From a virus (Duplodnaviria; Caudoviricetes), in IMG/VR virus record IMGVR_UViG_3300033076_000750, positions 1 to 63,983 of that record: a DNA stretch of 63,983 nt. The stretch is one strand, 5' to 3'. Of this stretch, positions 1 through 10,539 are shown in pieces; position 1 is the stretch's first letter; each line of letters starts with the position of its first letter. The translations under genes and the position numbers were made by a program. Below the pieces are notes generated by a model that saw only the letters and a program-made list of their open reading frames with translations, was not told where the DNA came from and ran no database searches.

Positions 1-238
1 TCACTCGCTGCCAGCAGCACACAGAAGGGCTACGAGTATCTCCGCGCCCTCATCGAGCGCAAATACAACGCCCACACCAGCGAGGAGCTGTTCATTCACG
101 CTGGCGTCAGCGCCAAGATCATCGCTGCGATCAAGAAGGTCGTGGAGTTCCTGCGTGACCTGCAATCAGCGCTCAAAGAGGGCGGCGACTTCAACTTGGT
201 CAAAGACATCGCAGACAAGGCGGAGATGGCGTTCCTTG
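1..238. repeat. Terminal direct repeat, copy 1 (overlap of a circular genome)
   Basis: 1-238 matches 63746-63983; the first 77 nt are identical and I count 10 substitutions overall. Confidence 0.95.
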
Positions 239-3200
239 ACAGCGGCATCACCACCGGCAACGTCGATGCGCAGCGCAACGCCACAGCAGGCAAAGCAAAG
301 GCAGAGCCAATCGGCAACAGCGCCCGCGCACGAGCTATGGTCAACGAAGAGTTCGGAGCCATGGCGAAAGCCATGGGCATCGACATCATCCCGAACTACG
401 CTGGCCCATCCGCACACTACGTCATCAGCGAAGACGGCAAACGTCGTGGTGGTTACATCGAGATCAACCCGGTGAAGGTAGCTAACTGGTCACGAGGTCA
501 GATGATGGAAGCGATGCGTGAAGAGATGATCCACGCCATCGAAGATCGTGCGCTTGTCGCCGAGATGCAGAAGGCTGGCTACAAGCTGAGCGACCCCTAC
601 ATCCAGAGTGGCGACTACCATGTGGACTTCTTCAAAGGGGTCTATGACATGATGAGCCCAGAGCAGATCGCATACGTCAAGGACATCTACTCCAGCCACG
701 GCAACCGAGAGTATGTCATCGGCTCCGAGTTCCGCCGCATGTTGCTGCAAAAGGAGCACTACAACGGGCTCACGGAGTCGGCTATGGCAGGCGGCAAGAA
801 CAGCGCCAAAGCCAAGAAGGCAATCGCGGCAATCGCTGCTCTGCTCAAGACTGCGGTCAAGTATCTGCGGGCACTTGCCACCACCAACACCGAGGCTGGC
901 AAGCAAGCAGCACGCATCTACGAAGAGAGCCGCAAGATGCTTCAGAAGCTCGACCCTCGTGGTGATGCGAAGCCGCTGGCAATGGCTCGACCAAGCCCAG
1001 AAGGTGGAGTGATGGACATCATCAACGCAGACATTGAGAGGGATCACTGGAAGGCAACAGACCTCGACTCAGGCGAGGAGATCGTCTATCCAAAGACACA
1101 GACTCCACCACCACTGAAAGAGGGTAAGCGCTACAAGTTCACATCGGTAGTTGGCGATCAACTAGCGATGCAAGCTATGGCAGCACCCCAGCAACCCAAC
1201 GGCAAAGCCGCAGGATGGAACAACGGCATCCCGATCAAGCCCCAGGTGTCGAACCAGATGCCGGTCAAAGACGTGCGCAAGATGCCAGAGGCACCGAAGC
1301 AGCGCATGGCAGGTCCGAACTCGGACCCACTCGTTGGACTCCCATCGAAGGTAACGATCCCCGGCATCGGTGAGCGCACATTCGGACCATACCAGCCAGC
1401 CCGCGACACAGCCGTCGCCTACATGAAGCAGGCAGGCATGAGCTACGATCCGCCGCGCACCTATGCGAAGGTCAACAAGGATCGCGCAGCACGCATCGCC
1501 GCCGAGTTTGATGCGATGAAGCACGAACCGCAAGACCCGAAGGTGAAGGCCGCATACGCCGCACTGATCAAGGAGACGGTCGCTCAGTGGGAAGCCATCA
1601 AGAAGACCGGGCTCAAGGTCAGCCCAATGAAGCAAGGCATGACCGACCCATACGCAGCCAGCCCACGCCTCGCACAGATCGACGTTGAGGAGAATAACCA
1701 CCTCTGGTTCTTCCCAACAGACTTCGGCTTCGGCAACGATGTGACGGGCTTCGACCCCAAAGACAACCCGCTGTTCGAGTTCACGGGCGAGGTGATCGAC
1801 GGTCACAAGATGCGTGCCAACGACGTGTTCCGCATCGTCCATGACTACTTCGGTCACTTCAAGGAAGGCGTTGGCTTCCGCGCAGACGGCGAGGAGAACG
1901 CCTGGAGACAGCACGCCGCCATGTTCAGCCCCGAGTCCCGTGGCGCATTGACATCCGAGACACGCGGCCAGAACTCGTGGCTCAACTTCGGCCCACACGG
2001 CGAAAAGAACCGCACGGCCAAGGTTGAGGACACGGTGTTCGCCGACCAGAAGATCGGGCTCATGCCAGAGTGGACATGGCTAGAAGGAGCTGGAGACACG
2101 CAAGCAATGGCAGCGCCATCACGCGGCTACCTCGGCACGATCACCGAAGACAACGAGGTCATCGGAGTTAAGGTCAACGACCTCTCAAAAGCATACCACA
2201 GTGACTACCGGGAGATCACCAACGCCAGTGAAGGATTCCAGGGAGACTTCCGCTACAACGCCGACGACAAGATCGTCTATTGGTGGAACCCAGGCAGCTT
2301 GAACCCAGGTCACAAGCAGAAGGTCGCCGACTGGCTCGAAGCCAACGGTCAGGAAGTGAAGTCCCACAAGAACGTGAAGGGTAGCCAGGAGGCGTTCGCG
2401 AGAGCCCACGGGGTCCAGGCGATGGCTGCTCCAATGCCGAACCAAAAGGTCACAGCCTACCATGGTAGCCCCTACCAGTTCGACAAACCAAGGCGCTCAT
2501 CGACTGGCTTCTGGCTTACCACCGAAAAGAGTGTCGCCGAGCGCGGCTACGCAAGGGGTGGCGAGGTAAAGCAATACACGGTTGACACCACTGGTTTTGC
2601 TGACCTAACGAGAGACAAGGAACTCGCCAAGAAGCTGATCAAGGCATACAACACCGAGCCAGATGTGATCGAAGAAGATCGCAAGATTGGCGTGGACCCA
2701 GAATACGCAGCAACCATCTTCTCCGGCGCTGAGCCCGAGTCCATTCTCCGTGACATGGGATACTCTGGCGCAATCGTGTGGGAGGAGCCTGGAGTTGCCT
2801 CAATCAACGCCTTCGACCCAGACAAGTCGGTCCAGGCGATGGCTGCGCCACAGTCCGAACTCAATCTCGGCAAGAAAGCTGACGCAGACTTCTTGCGCCA
2901 GAAGAACGTGAAGCGCATCATCGACCAGACAGCACGCCGCCACCCGGAAGCGAAGCTGGTTAGCTATATCAAGGACGGTGACAAGTTCAGGCTCGATGAC
3001 AAGGGCTTGCCAGCAGCACACCCAGAGGAATACAACTTCGCAGAATCGACCCTCGCCAAGAGCGCGATGAAGGGTCTTCGAGGCGATGCTCGCCTCAAGG
3101 CATTCGAGCGTGCGCTCGCCGACAAGCTCAAGGGCTTCTACGACCAGATCAAAGGCCAACCCGAGGTTATGGCTGGCAAGGAGTGGTATCGCGTGGCTCG

Positions 3201-6200
3201 TGAGAAGCTGGTCAACGTGTTCGGTGACGACACGATGCTCTTCGCGCAGTTGCTCGCCGCGACCTCCGCACGCACGCCGGTCCAGCAGAACTTCGAGCAG
3301 GCTCTCGATGCCTACAACGGCATCTACGAAGGCCGCTTCAATGGCATGACCGAGCGCTACCTTGACGCCATGAAGTCCCTGGAGGCCGGAGAGCTGCGCT
3401 TCAGGAAGTCCATCGGCAACAACAAGATGGGCGATGTGGTGACGCCAAAGAGCTTCCGCGAGTGGCTGGACATCGAAGGCATCATGCCTCGCCGTGAGAA
3501 CGGAAAGAAGTTCAACGCCAACTCCATGCAGGTGCTCAACGTGATCGCTGGCGTATGGCGTGAGAAGCTGGGTGGACCGAAGACCGCGCAGTTCTCCGAC
3601 AACCTCTCAGGAGCCTCACTGGAGGCCACCGTTGACGTTTGGGCGGCTCGCACCCTGCACCGCATGTCCAACGAGCAGGAAGGGGCACGCTGGCGCATTC
3701 TGCCAGAGGCTGAGACGGGCGTGAACAACGAGGACTTCGCCATCGGGCAGGCTGCATTCAAGATCGCCGCCTCCGAACTCGGCATGAACCCAGACGACCT
3801 CCAGGGCGTGTTGTGGTTCGCTGAGAAGCGCCATTGGGCAAACAACGGCTGGACACGCGCTGCCGGTGCCGAACTCTCGGACTTCAGCAGCCTCCTCGAC
3901 TTCGTGACCACTGAGGGTGGAAAAAAGGTCTTGCGCATCGACAACGGACAAGGGATGCTGGCCTTCGATGACACCGACACCACAAGAACCACTGGACCTG
4001 AGACGCGAAGGATTCGTTCCCGTGCGACTGGAGCAACTCAATCTGTCCAAGGAGGAGCAGGAAGCTCTGCGCAAACAGCAGCAGGACGAGGACCAGAGCG
4101 AGTAGCGGCTGAAGAGCAGCGCTCGCTGTTCATGTCTGCGCCAAAGATCGAGAATCTAACCAAGACTTCGATCCAAGGGATGGATGCCGAGACTGGCAAG
4201 CCAATCACATTCAAGTTCCTTCACAACAAGTCGAGCTACACAAAGGAGCGCGGCAGACCATACAAGCCCTCGAAAGACGAGATGTTCGACCGTGGCTATG
4301 AGCCATCCGGGCAATACATGGTCGCCACAGAGGACGACTATCTCATCAGGTCGTATCCAAACGACTACATCACTGGCACCACTACATTCAACAACCCAAT
4401 CGTCATCAAAGCTGGGGAGTATGGCGAGGAGTCATCGTGGAAGCGCTCGCTGTCCAAAGCCTATGGGGGCAAGTCTGGGAAAGCTCTGTCCAAAGCCATC
4501 ATAGCATCAGGGCACGACGGCATCATCACGGTTCCGTTTGCTGGCAACCACGGAGAGATCGTTGACCTAACGACATTCGATGAATCGAAGGCTCTATTCA
4601 TGGCATCACCGCAGCAGGACGCGGCATACGCCGCAGCCATCAAGTCTGGAGACACTCAGGCGGCTCGCAAGATGCTTGACGAGGCAGCGGCACAAGCTGG
4701 CTACACGGTCAAAGCATTCCACGGGACGAACAAATCGTTCCGCAAGTTCAAGGCTCAATTCGGTCGCGCCCTCTGGTTCTCAGAGGATCGCAAGAAGATC
4801 GAGGACGGCGAGTCTGGAGCCCAGGGCACAAAGAAGATCATGGAGGTCTATCTGCGCCCAGGCCGCGTGGCTGGACGGAAGGAATACAACAACCTCATTG
4901 AGGGACAGTTGCTACGAGACTTCGACAGCACGAAGCTGGATGAAGACTGGATCGTGTATTCACCGAACGACGTGAAGAGCGCTGAACTCGTGACCAAGTC
5001 TGGCGGCGAGATGATCCCGCTCTCGGAGCGATTCAATGACGCGACCGGCGACATCAGGTTCATGGCAGGTCCGAACTCGGACCCGCAGCGCGCAAACTTC
5101 GTTGAGCCCGGCTTCTACTCCGAACTCCAGCGCACGATTGCCAACAAGATGCCGAACTCGATGAGGGTGATCCCAGCGACCACCATCAAAGGCAAGGCAA
5201 CCACCGAGCGCACGATCACCAACCCCAAGACAGGGCAGGTGATCAAGGTGATCAAGGCCAACAACGAGCCCGACAAGACCTACCCAGCCAAGAGCATCGG
5301 TGAGCAGGTGCGTGCCATGCTGCTGAACGCGGACGTGACCGAGGACGAGATCAAGTGGAGCGGCATCGTGCCTTGGCTCGATGGTCGCGAGAGCGTGACC
5401 AAAGACGAGGTGATCGACTACCTGCGCACTGAGGGTCAGGTGCGGTTCGCGGAGTCGGTGCTATCCGATGATAAGGGGTTCAAGACACAAATAAACGAAG
5501 ACGAGACAGCCTATGCTGGCCACGATGTCGTTGACGTGATTGATCCTCGCAACGGATTCGTGAGATTCTCTGGCACCCCATCCGAGGCGCGTAACTGGAT
5601 TGACGAAGAGAACGGCGCTACAGGCAGGACTCCAAAATACGCCACCTACCAACTCCCAGGCGGGACGAACTACCGTGAGGTCGTGCTGGCGATGCCAACG
5701 AAGGAAACGGTGTATCGCGTTTATCAGAATGGCAAAATTCTCATCGCGCTCAACAAAAAGAGTGACGCTGATGAATTCATCGCCAAGAGAGCATCTTGGG
5801 ATAATGAGCCCGTTGAGATTAAGGAGGAAACCATCGACTCATGGAAGGGTGATTACACCTCCAGCCACTTCACTGACGTTCCAAACTACGTCGCCCACAT
5901 GCGAACCAACGAGCGCACAGATGCCGCAGGCAAGAGCGGGATGTTCATCGAAGAGCTTCAGAGCGACAGGCATCAGGCTGGACGCAAGAAGGGGTATCTC
6001 GAAGACAAGACATTCACCGACCTGACTCCAGAAGAACAGGCTCGCATGGAATACCTAAACAACGAAGCTCCGACCCCTCTGCGAAATCATCAACTCGCTG
6101 AACTTGAGAGGCTTCGTAGTCGCGCAAGACAGGCAAGAAACCCATCATTGCGCGAAGGCATTCCAGACGCACCATTCCGCCAATCATCAGCATGGGGTCT

Positions 6201-9200
6201 GCACCTCTTCAAGCGTGCGCTCCGCGATGCCGTGGAAAGCGGAAAGGAGTGGATCGGTTGGACAGTCGGCGACACACAGAACGACCGCTTCTCGCTGGAG
6301 AAGCAGATCGACACGCTCGGCTACCACAAGTGGACGCACCCAGAGAAGGGTGTGGTTTATAACCTGATGGCGGGCAAGAATAACAAAGAAGTATTCAAGA
6401 AGCAATCACTCACCGAGAGCGAGCTTGAAGACCATGTGGGCACCGAGATGAAGGACAAGATCGTGGCAGGAGAAAAGACCACCACCCAGAAGCAAAGCCA
6501 GATCGCTGCCGACCCTATCGAATGGTCTGTCATCTCGGGGCTCGACCTCAAGACAGGTGGCAGTGGTATGCGCGGCTTCTACGACAGGATCATGCCACGC
6601 GAGATCGGCGACTACGTCAAGCAGTGGGGAGGCAAGGTCGAGAAGAGCAACTTGATTGAGGGGAATAAATTCGACTTCGAGATGACCCCATTCGGAGTTG
6701 GCGACACCTTCGTCCTCAAAGACAAGATCACCGGCAAGTTCCTGGCAGACAGAGCCCAAGAAACATTCGCATCCAGGCAGGCTGACGGCGAGATCATGTC
6801 GAGGTCCGTCGCCAAGTCAGTGATTGAGGCATACGCGAAACAAGTCACCACTTCGATGTGGCGCATCAACATCACGCCACAGATGCGCCAGTCCATCGCC
6901 AATGAGGGACAAGCCCTGTTCATGGCTGGACCTCGCTCAGAGTCACCACAGGCAGCTGGAGAGGCGCTCGAAGCATGGCTGGCACTCCCAGCTACTGCCG
7001 CAGAGCTTCAGATGCTCCGTGAGCAGGCGTTAAGCGAAGAAACCGGCAAGCGCACGGTCGGCGATCCAGCACGAGCTGGACTGCTTGGATCGGGCGACAA
7101 GGAGAACCGTGAGCGTGACGCCATCATCCAGTTCCGCAAGAACCACAAGGCACCGGAGAAGGTTGTGGACTGGATGCGCGATGGGCAGGAACTCGCGGAC
7201 AGCGATCCAGAGATGGTCGCCGATGCGCTGATCGACAACTTCTACAACGGTGTGGGATACGACACGCCGGAGCAGGTGTTCGCCTCCGCCATCGTCGTCA
7301 GCCGCATGTTCAAGGAAGCCCGCCAGAAGGGCGATCCTGCGCTTCTGCGCAAGGCTCAGGCACTTGCATACGCGGACGGTGCTGCCCGCACGGAAAACGC
7401 ACGCATCCTGCGCAGTATGGTCGATCCTCACCGCTCGCCAGAGGAGCGGATGCACGAGTTCTTCAGCAAGCTCATCAGCACCCCATCCGAGTTCCAGCGC
7501 ATCGAGATCGAGAAGGCACCATCGCCACTTGCTAAAGAGCGTGAGATCGCGGAGCTGAAGGCGCAGATCGAGAAGCTGAAGGAGCAGGTCGGAACTCAGA
7601 CCCAAGGTCCGGTTGTCGAGCAAAAGAAGAAGCTCGAAAAGACCCTGGATCAGGCTCAGCAGCGCAAAGATCGCAAGACGTTGGTCGATGAATACACGGA
7701 GGCCCGCCGCAAGGCCGTCGCCGCCGCTCTGAAGAAGGAAGGCTTGAGCGAGGAAGACATCTTCGTGAGTGGCGAGGAACGCCTCGCCGCCCACAACTCA
7801 GACCCTGTTCAGGAGGCCATCGCCCAGCACCCGAAAGAGCACCGTGAGGCCATCAACTACATCATGCGTGGCTACTCGCACAAGGACATCGCACAGATGA
7901 CCAAGCTGCCAGTCAACGTGGTGGCAACCATCCATCAGGAGTTCCGTCAGAAGTCGATGCGCTCATCACTCGCCAAATGGGTGAAGAAGGGCAACACGCT
8001 GTTCGACACCATCCAGAACGGACTGAAGAAGGTCTTCGGCATGTCTATGGCAGCACCAGTCCCACTCGCCCAGGCACGCGCACAGATCATCGCAGAAGCT
8101 GAGATCGAGCGTCAGCTCAACGTGCTTGTGCCAACCGCACAGCAGGTCAACAGCGGCAAGATGGTGGCGGTGATCGTCAATAAGAAGTCCGGCCAAGAGG
8201 TCACGATCAAAGTTCCGTTCAGCGCATCCGACTTCCGTGCGTCCTACCGAGTTGGCCGCGCCATCAGCACCAGCGAAAGCAATGCCTTCGACAAGATTTA
8301 CGAGTATTGGATTTCGTTCGGCCTGCTCAGCGGTCCTGAAACGCATTGGGCGAACGTCGCTGGCAATGCCGGTATGCTCATGCTCCACCTCTTCGCGCAG
8401 AAGCCGATGGAGGCAGCGCTCAACTTTGCGTTCCGTGACCCCAACAGCACGACGTTCCGTGAGTTCGGAGAGATGATCAAGGGAGTGATCCCTGGCGTGC
8501 GTGATGCGTTCGCTCTCGCTGCTCTGGCGTGGGATGCAGAAGCCGACCCAATCGGAGCCCGCTACATGGATGAAACCATCGACCTCTCATTCGACTCCAC
8601 CGGCAACCTGTCGAAGGTCGGCACGATGAAGGGTCCGGCTATCCAAGGCACCAAGGGTCGCGTGTTCCGCGTGAGCACTCGCTTCCTGCTGGCGATGGAT
8701 GCGTTTTTTAAAGCGATCACTGCAAACATCGAGGTCGGAGCCCGCGCCTACCGCCTCGGCAAGATGTCCCAGGCCAAGGGCACGCTCGGCACAGCCAAGG
8801 GCGACCTCGAAGCGTTCATCGCTCAGCAGGTGGCAACCCCAGGATCAGAGTCATGGGAGCTTGCAATCCAGACATCTAAAGAACTCGCGTTCCAGGGTGA
8901 CAACTGGCTGACTATGATCGCCGGTAGCCTCACGGCCCGCAACCAGGAGATGGCTGTCGCCAACCTATCGAAGGATGTGGTGAAGGCATCTGCCAAGGGC
9001 AACTCAAGCGAGGTGTTCAACGCCAAGCTCTCGCGCTCAGCAATGATGTTCACAGGATTCGTGATGAAGTTCATCTTCCCATTCGTCAAGACCCCAACCA
9101 ACATCATCCGCATCGGCGCACGCAAAGCAGGACTCGGAACCATCGGCCTCCTGGCACTTGCCCCGTATGTCATGGCAAAGGGCGTTCACAACATCGCCAA

Positions 9201-10263
9201 AGGCCGAAACTTCCACGACGGCAATCAATCGGCGCTCATGATCACATGGCTCGCTGAACAGATTCAAGCCGCCGCCATGTGGATGTATGTGTGGAGCATC
9301 GCAGAGGGTGATGACGACGACAATGAGAAACCGTTCTACATTGTTGGTTCGCGCCCATACGGCACATCGAAGCCCGGTGAGCGCGAGGCTGCATACACCA
9401 AGAGCGGAGGCACCCAGGTTGTTATGGTCCGCAACAGCGACGGCACCTACACTCCATGGGCATACGGACGTTACGAGCCATTCGCCACCGTCCTCACCTC
9501 GGTCGTTGACACGATCCGCGAGATCAAGAATGCCAAGCGTCTTAACGAACTCGGAGTGCCTGGAGGCAGCATCGAGAACGTGATGACAAACTCCATTGCA
9601 TCCTTTGCCTCACAGCTCCAGGACAAGTCCTTCTTCCAGGGCTTCGCCAACGTCACCAAAGCCATCGAGAAGGTGATGAACAAAAAGAGTGGAGAGCTTG
9701 CGACTGACACCGTGAAGGGTTTCCTCCAGGGATTCGTTCCAAACATTGTTCGCCAGCCGATCCGTAACGACGATCCAAAGGTGCGCGACTCCAAGAAGGC
9801 TGATGCTCTCTATCTCGCGCTTCCCATGGGACGCTTTGCGGAGCCACTGATCGACTACTATGGTCGTGAGAGCGAGAAGCTCGGCACCAGCGTCAGTCGC
9901 CTGCTCATCCGCTCGGCTAACAAGCCACAGGACAGCACTAAGGCCGAAGAGATGATCGACCGTTGGAATCTCCTGCACCCAGACAAGAAGTTCCAGCCAT
10001 CGCGCATCTCGAAGTCTGATATGTGGATTTACGGGCCGAACAAGGAACGCCGCATCATCACCGACAACAAGCTGAAGACTGAATTCGAGCGTGAGCTTGG
10101 GCATGAAATCCTGCGCCGTCACAACGAACTCGCGGCCAGCATCGAAGGATTCCCAGACGACTTTGATGACCGTCTGCGCTCTGAGGCGACAAAGGCTCGC
10201 GAGCAGGTGCGCAAGGACTTTCTCAACAAGTCGTTTGAAAGACAGCAAAAGCTATTAAAGTGA
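1..10263 (+). CDS. Giant polyvalent/ejection protein, C-terminal part (continues from 57857 across the junction). Contains zincin-like, ART-PolyVal, HhH-like, EELQSD-type and C-terminal LPD38-like regions
   Basis: Frame open from base 1 to TGA 10263. Motifs: EEMIH; HDYFGH...ETRGQNSW; YHGS..GFWLT; FHGT..LWFS..IVYSPNDVKS; WY..LAATS..TVDVW..QGVLW; IEELQSD; FPFVKTPTNI. Confidence 0.85.
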   Translation, partial: SLAASSTQKGYEYLRALIERKYNAHTSEELFIHAGVSAKIIAAIKKVVEFLRDLQSALKEGGDFNLVKDIADKAEMAFLDSGITTGNVDAQRNATAGKAKAEPIGNSARARAMVNEEFGAMAKAMGIDIIPNYAGPSAHYVISEDGKRRGGYIEINPVKVANWSRGQMMEAMREEMIHAIEDRALVAEMQKAGYKLSDPYIQSGDYHVDFFKGVYDMMSPEQIAYVKDIYSSHGNREYVIGSEFRRMLLQKEHYNGLTESAMAGGKNSAKAKKAIAAIAALLKTAVKYLRALATTNTEAGKQAARIYEESRKMLQKLDPRGDAKPLAMARPSPEGGVMDIINADIERDHWKATDLDSGEEIVYPKTQTPPPLKEGKRYKFTSVVGDQLAMQAMAAPQQPNGKAAGWNNGIPIKPQVSNQMPVKDVRKMPEAPKQRMAGPNSDPLVGLPSKVTIPGIGERTFGPYQPARDTAVAYMKQAGMSYDPPRTYAKVNKDRAARIAAEFDAMKHEPQDPKVKAAYAALIKETVAQWEAIKKTGLKVSPMKQGMTDPYAASPRLAQIDVEENNHLWFFPTDFGFGNDVTGFDPKDNPLFEFTGEVIDGHKMRANDVFRIVHDYFGHFKEGVGFRADGEENAWRQHAAMFSPESRGALTSETRGQNSWLNFGPHGEKNRTAKVEDTVFADQKIGLMPEWTWLEGAGDTQAMAAPSRGYLGTITEDNEVIGVKVNDLSKAYHSDYREITNASEGFQGDFRYNADDKIVYWWNPGSLNPGHKQKVADWLEANGQEVKSHKNVKGSQEAFARAHGVQAMAAPMPNQKVTAYHGSPYQFDKPRRSSTGFWLTTEKSVAERGYARGGEVKQYTVDTTGFADLTRDKELAKKLIKAYNTEPDVIEEDRKIGVDPEYAATIFSGAEPESILRDMGYSGAIVWEEPGVASINAFDPDKSVQAMAAPQSELNLGKKADADFLRQKNVKRIIDQTARRHPEAKLVSYIKDGDKFRLDDKGLPAAHPEEYNFAESTLAKSAMKGLRGDARLKAFERALADKLKGFYDQIKGQPEVMAGKEWYRVAREKLVNVFGDDTMLFAQLLAATSARTPVQQNFEQALDAYNGIYEGRFNGMTERYLDAMKSLEAGELRFRKSIGNNKMGDVVTPKSFREWLDIEGIMPRRENGKKFNANSMQVLNVIAGVWREKLGGPKTAQFSDNLSGASLEATVDVWAARTLHRMSNEQEGARWRILPEAETGVNNEDFAIGQAAFKIAASELGMNPDDLQGVLWFAEKRHWANNGWTRAAGAELSDFSSLLDFVTTEGGKKVLRIDNGQGMLAFDDTDTTRTTGPETRRIRSRATGATQSVQGGAGSSAQTAAGRGPERVAAEEQRSLFMSAPKIENLTKTSIQGMDAETGKPITFKFLHNKSSYTKERGRPYKPSKDEMFDRGYEPSGQYMVATEDDYLIRSYPNDYITGTTTFNNPIVIKAGEYGEESSWKRSLSKAYGGKSGKALSKAIIASGHDGIITVPFAGNHGEIVDLTTFDESKALFMASPQQDAAYAAAIKSGDTQAARKMLDEAAAQAGYTVKAFHGTNKSFRKFKAQFGRALWFSEDRKKIEDGESGAQGTKKIMEVYLRPGRVAGRKEYNNLIEGQLLRDFDSTKLDEDWIVYSPNDVKSAELVTKSGGEMIPLSERFNDATGDIRFMAGPNSDPQRANFVEPGFYSELQRTIANKMPNSMRVIPATTIKGKATTERTITNPKTGQVIKVIKANNEPDKTYPAKSIGEQVRAMLLNADVTEDEIKWSGIVPWLDGRESVTKDEVIDYLRTEGQVRFAESVLSDDKGFKTQINEDETAYAGHDVVDVIDPRNGFVRFSGTPSEARNWIDEENGATGRTPKYATYQLPGGTNYREVVLAMPTKETVYRVYQNGKILIALNKKSDADEFIAKRASWDNEPVEIKEETIDSWKGDYTSSHFTDVPNYVAHMRTNERTDAAGKSGMFIEELQSDRHQAGRKKGYLEDKTFTDLTPEEQARMEYLNNEAPTPLRNHQLAELERLRSRARQARNPSLREGIPDAPFRQSSAWGLHLFKRALRDAVESGKEWIGWTVGDTQNDRFSLEKQIDTLGYHKWTHPEKGVVYNLMAGKNNKEVFKKQSLTESELEDHVGTEMKDKIVAGEKTTTQKQSQIAADPIEWSVISGLDLKTGGSGMRGFYDRIMPREIGDYVKQWGGKVEKSNLIEGNKFDFEMTPFGVGDTFVLKDKITGKFLADRAQETFASRQADGEIMSRSVAKSVIEAYAKQVTTSMWRINITPQMRQSIANEGQALFMAGPRSESPQAAGEALEAWLALPATAAELQMLREQALSEETGKRTVGDPARAGLLGSGDKENRERDAIIQFRKNHKAPEKVVDWMRDGQELADSDPEMVADALIDNFYNGVGYDTPEQVFASAIVVSRMFKEARQKGDPALLRKAQALAYADGAARTENARILRSMVDPHRSPEERMHEFFSKLISTPSEFQRIEIEKAPSPLAKEREIAELKAQIEKLKEQVGTQTQGPVVEQKKKLEKTLDQAQQRKDRKTLVDEYTEARRKAVAAALKKEGLSEEDIFVSGEERLAAHNSDPVQEAIAQHPKEHREAINYIMRGYSHKDIAQMTKLPVNVVATIHQEFRQKSMRSSLAKWVKKGNTLFDTIQNGLKKVFGMSMAAPVPLAQARAQIIAEAEIERQLNVLVPTAQQVNSGKMVAVIVNKKSGQEVTIKVPFSASDFRASYRVGRAISTSESNAFDKIYEYWISFGLLSGPETHWANVAGNAGMLMLHLFAQKPMEAALNFAFRDPNSTTFREFGEMIKGVIPGVRDAFALAALAWDAEADPIGARYMDETIDLSFDSTGNLSKVGTMKGPAIQGTKGRVFRVSTRFLLAMDAFFKAITANIEVGARAYRLGKMSQAKGTLGTAKGDLEAFIAQQVATPGSESWELAIQTSKELAFQGDNWLTMIAGSLTARNQEMAVANLSKDVVKASAKGNSSEVFNAKLSRSAMMFTGFVMKFIFPFVKTPTNIIRIGARKAGLGTIGLLALAPYVMAKGVHNIAKGRNFHDGNQSALMITWLAEQIQAAAMWMYVWSIAEGDDDDNEKPFYIVGSRPYGTSKPGEREAAYTKSGGTQVVMVRNSDGTYTPWAYGRYEPFATVLTSVVDTIREIKNAKRLNELGVPGGSIENVMTNSIASFASQLQDKSFFQGFANVTKAIEKVMNKKSGELATDTVKGFLQGFVPNIVRQPIRNDDPKVRDSKKADALYLALPMGRFAEPLIDYYGRESEKLGTSVSRLLIRSANKPQDSTKAEEMIDRWNLLHPDKKFQPSRISKSDMWIYGPNKERRIITDNKLKTEFERELGHEILRRHNELAASIEGFPDDFDDRLRSEATKAREQVRKDFLNKSFERQQKLLK
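1312..1327. promoter_or_regulatory. 16-bp palindromic operator/parS-like site (intragenic)
   Basis: GGTCCGAACTCGGACC. Confidence 0.75.
3968..4105 (+). CDS. Possible overprinted small ORF (+1 frame inside the giant gene)
   Basis: MTPTPQEPLDLRREGFVPVRLEQLNLSKEEQEALRKQQQDEDQSE; the main frame is low-complexity here. Confidence 0.35.
   Translation: MTPTPQEPLDLRREGFVPVRLEQLNLSKEEQEALRKQQQDEDQSE
5068..5083. promoter_or_regulatory. 16-bp palindromic operator/parS-like site (intragenic)
   Basis: GGTCCGAACTCGGACC. Confidence 0.75.
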
Positions 10264-10275
10264 GCGCTGTCACCC

Positions 10276-10539
10276 ATGCCACCACCTATGAAATCCATGC
10301 GCTGCAAAGTAACGATCCAGGAAGTCCATCTTCATGGAGCCACTGAAACCATCATCGCTCGCCCCGTGTGCAAACCTGGGGGCTATCCACCAGACGGAGC
10401 TGATGAGGATAACACGTTTGCCAGATGGTCCCCAAGCGGGGAGTTCCGGCTGTGCATCGCCAACCCAGACCTGTTCGACACCTACAAGCCAGGGCAGGTG
10501 TTCTATGTGGATTGGACCCCAATCGAACCAACAGCATGA
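10276..10539 (+). CDS. Small conserved phage hypothetical protein
   Basis: EDNTFARWSPSG...NP...YVDWTP motif; stop overlaps next start; exact start uncertain. Confidence 0.75.
   Translation: MPPPMKSMRCKVTIQEVHLHGATETIIARPVCKPGGYPPDGADEDNTFARWSPSGEFRLCIANPDLFDTYKPGQVFYVDWTPIEPTA

Noticed and set aside
142-144. GTG at 142 as the start of the giant protein
   Set aside because: The frame is open upstream and continues through the terminal overlap to ATG 57857.
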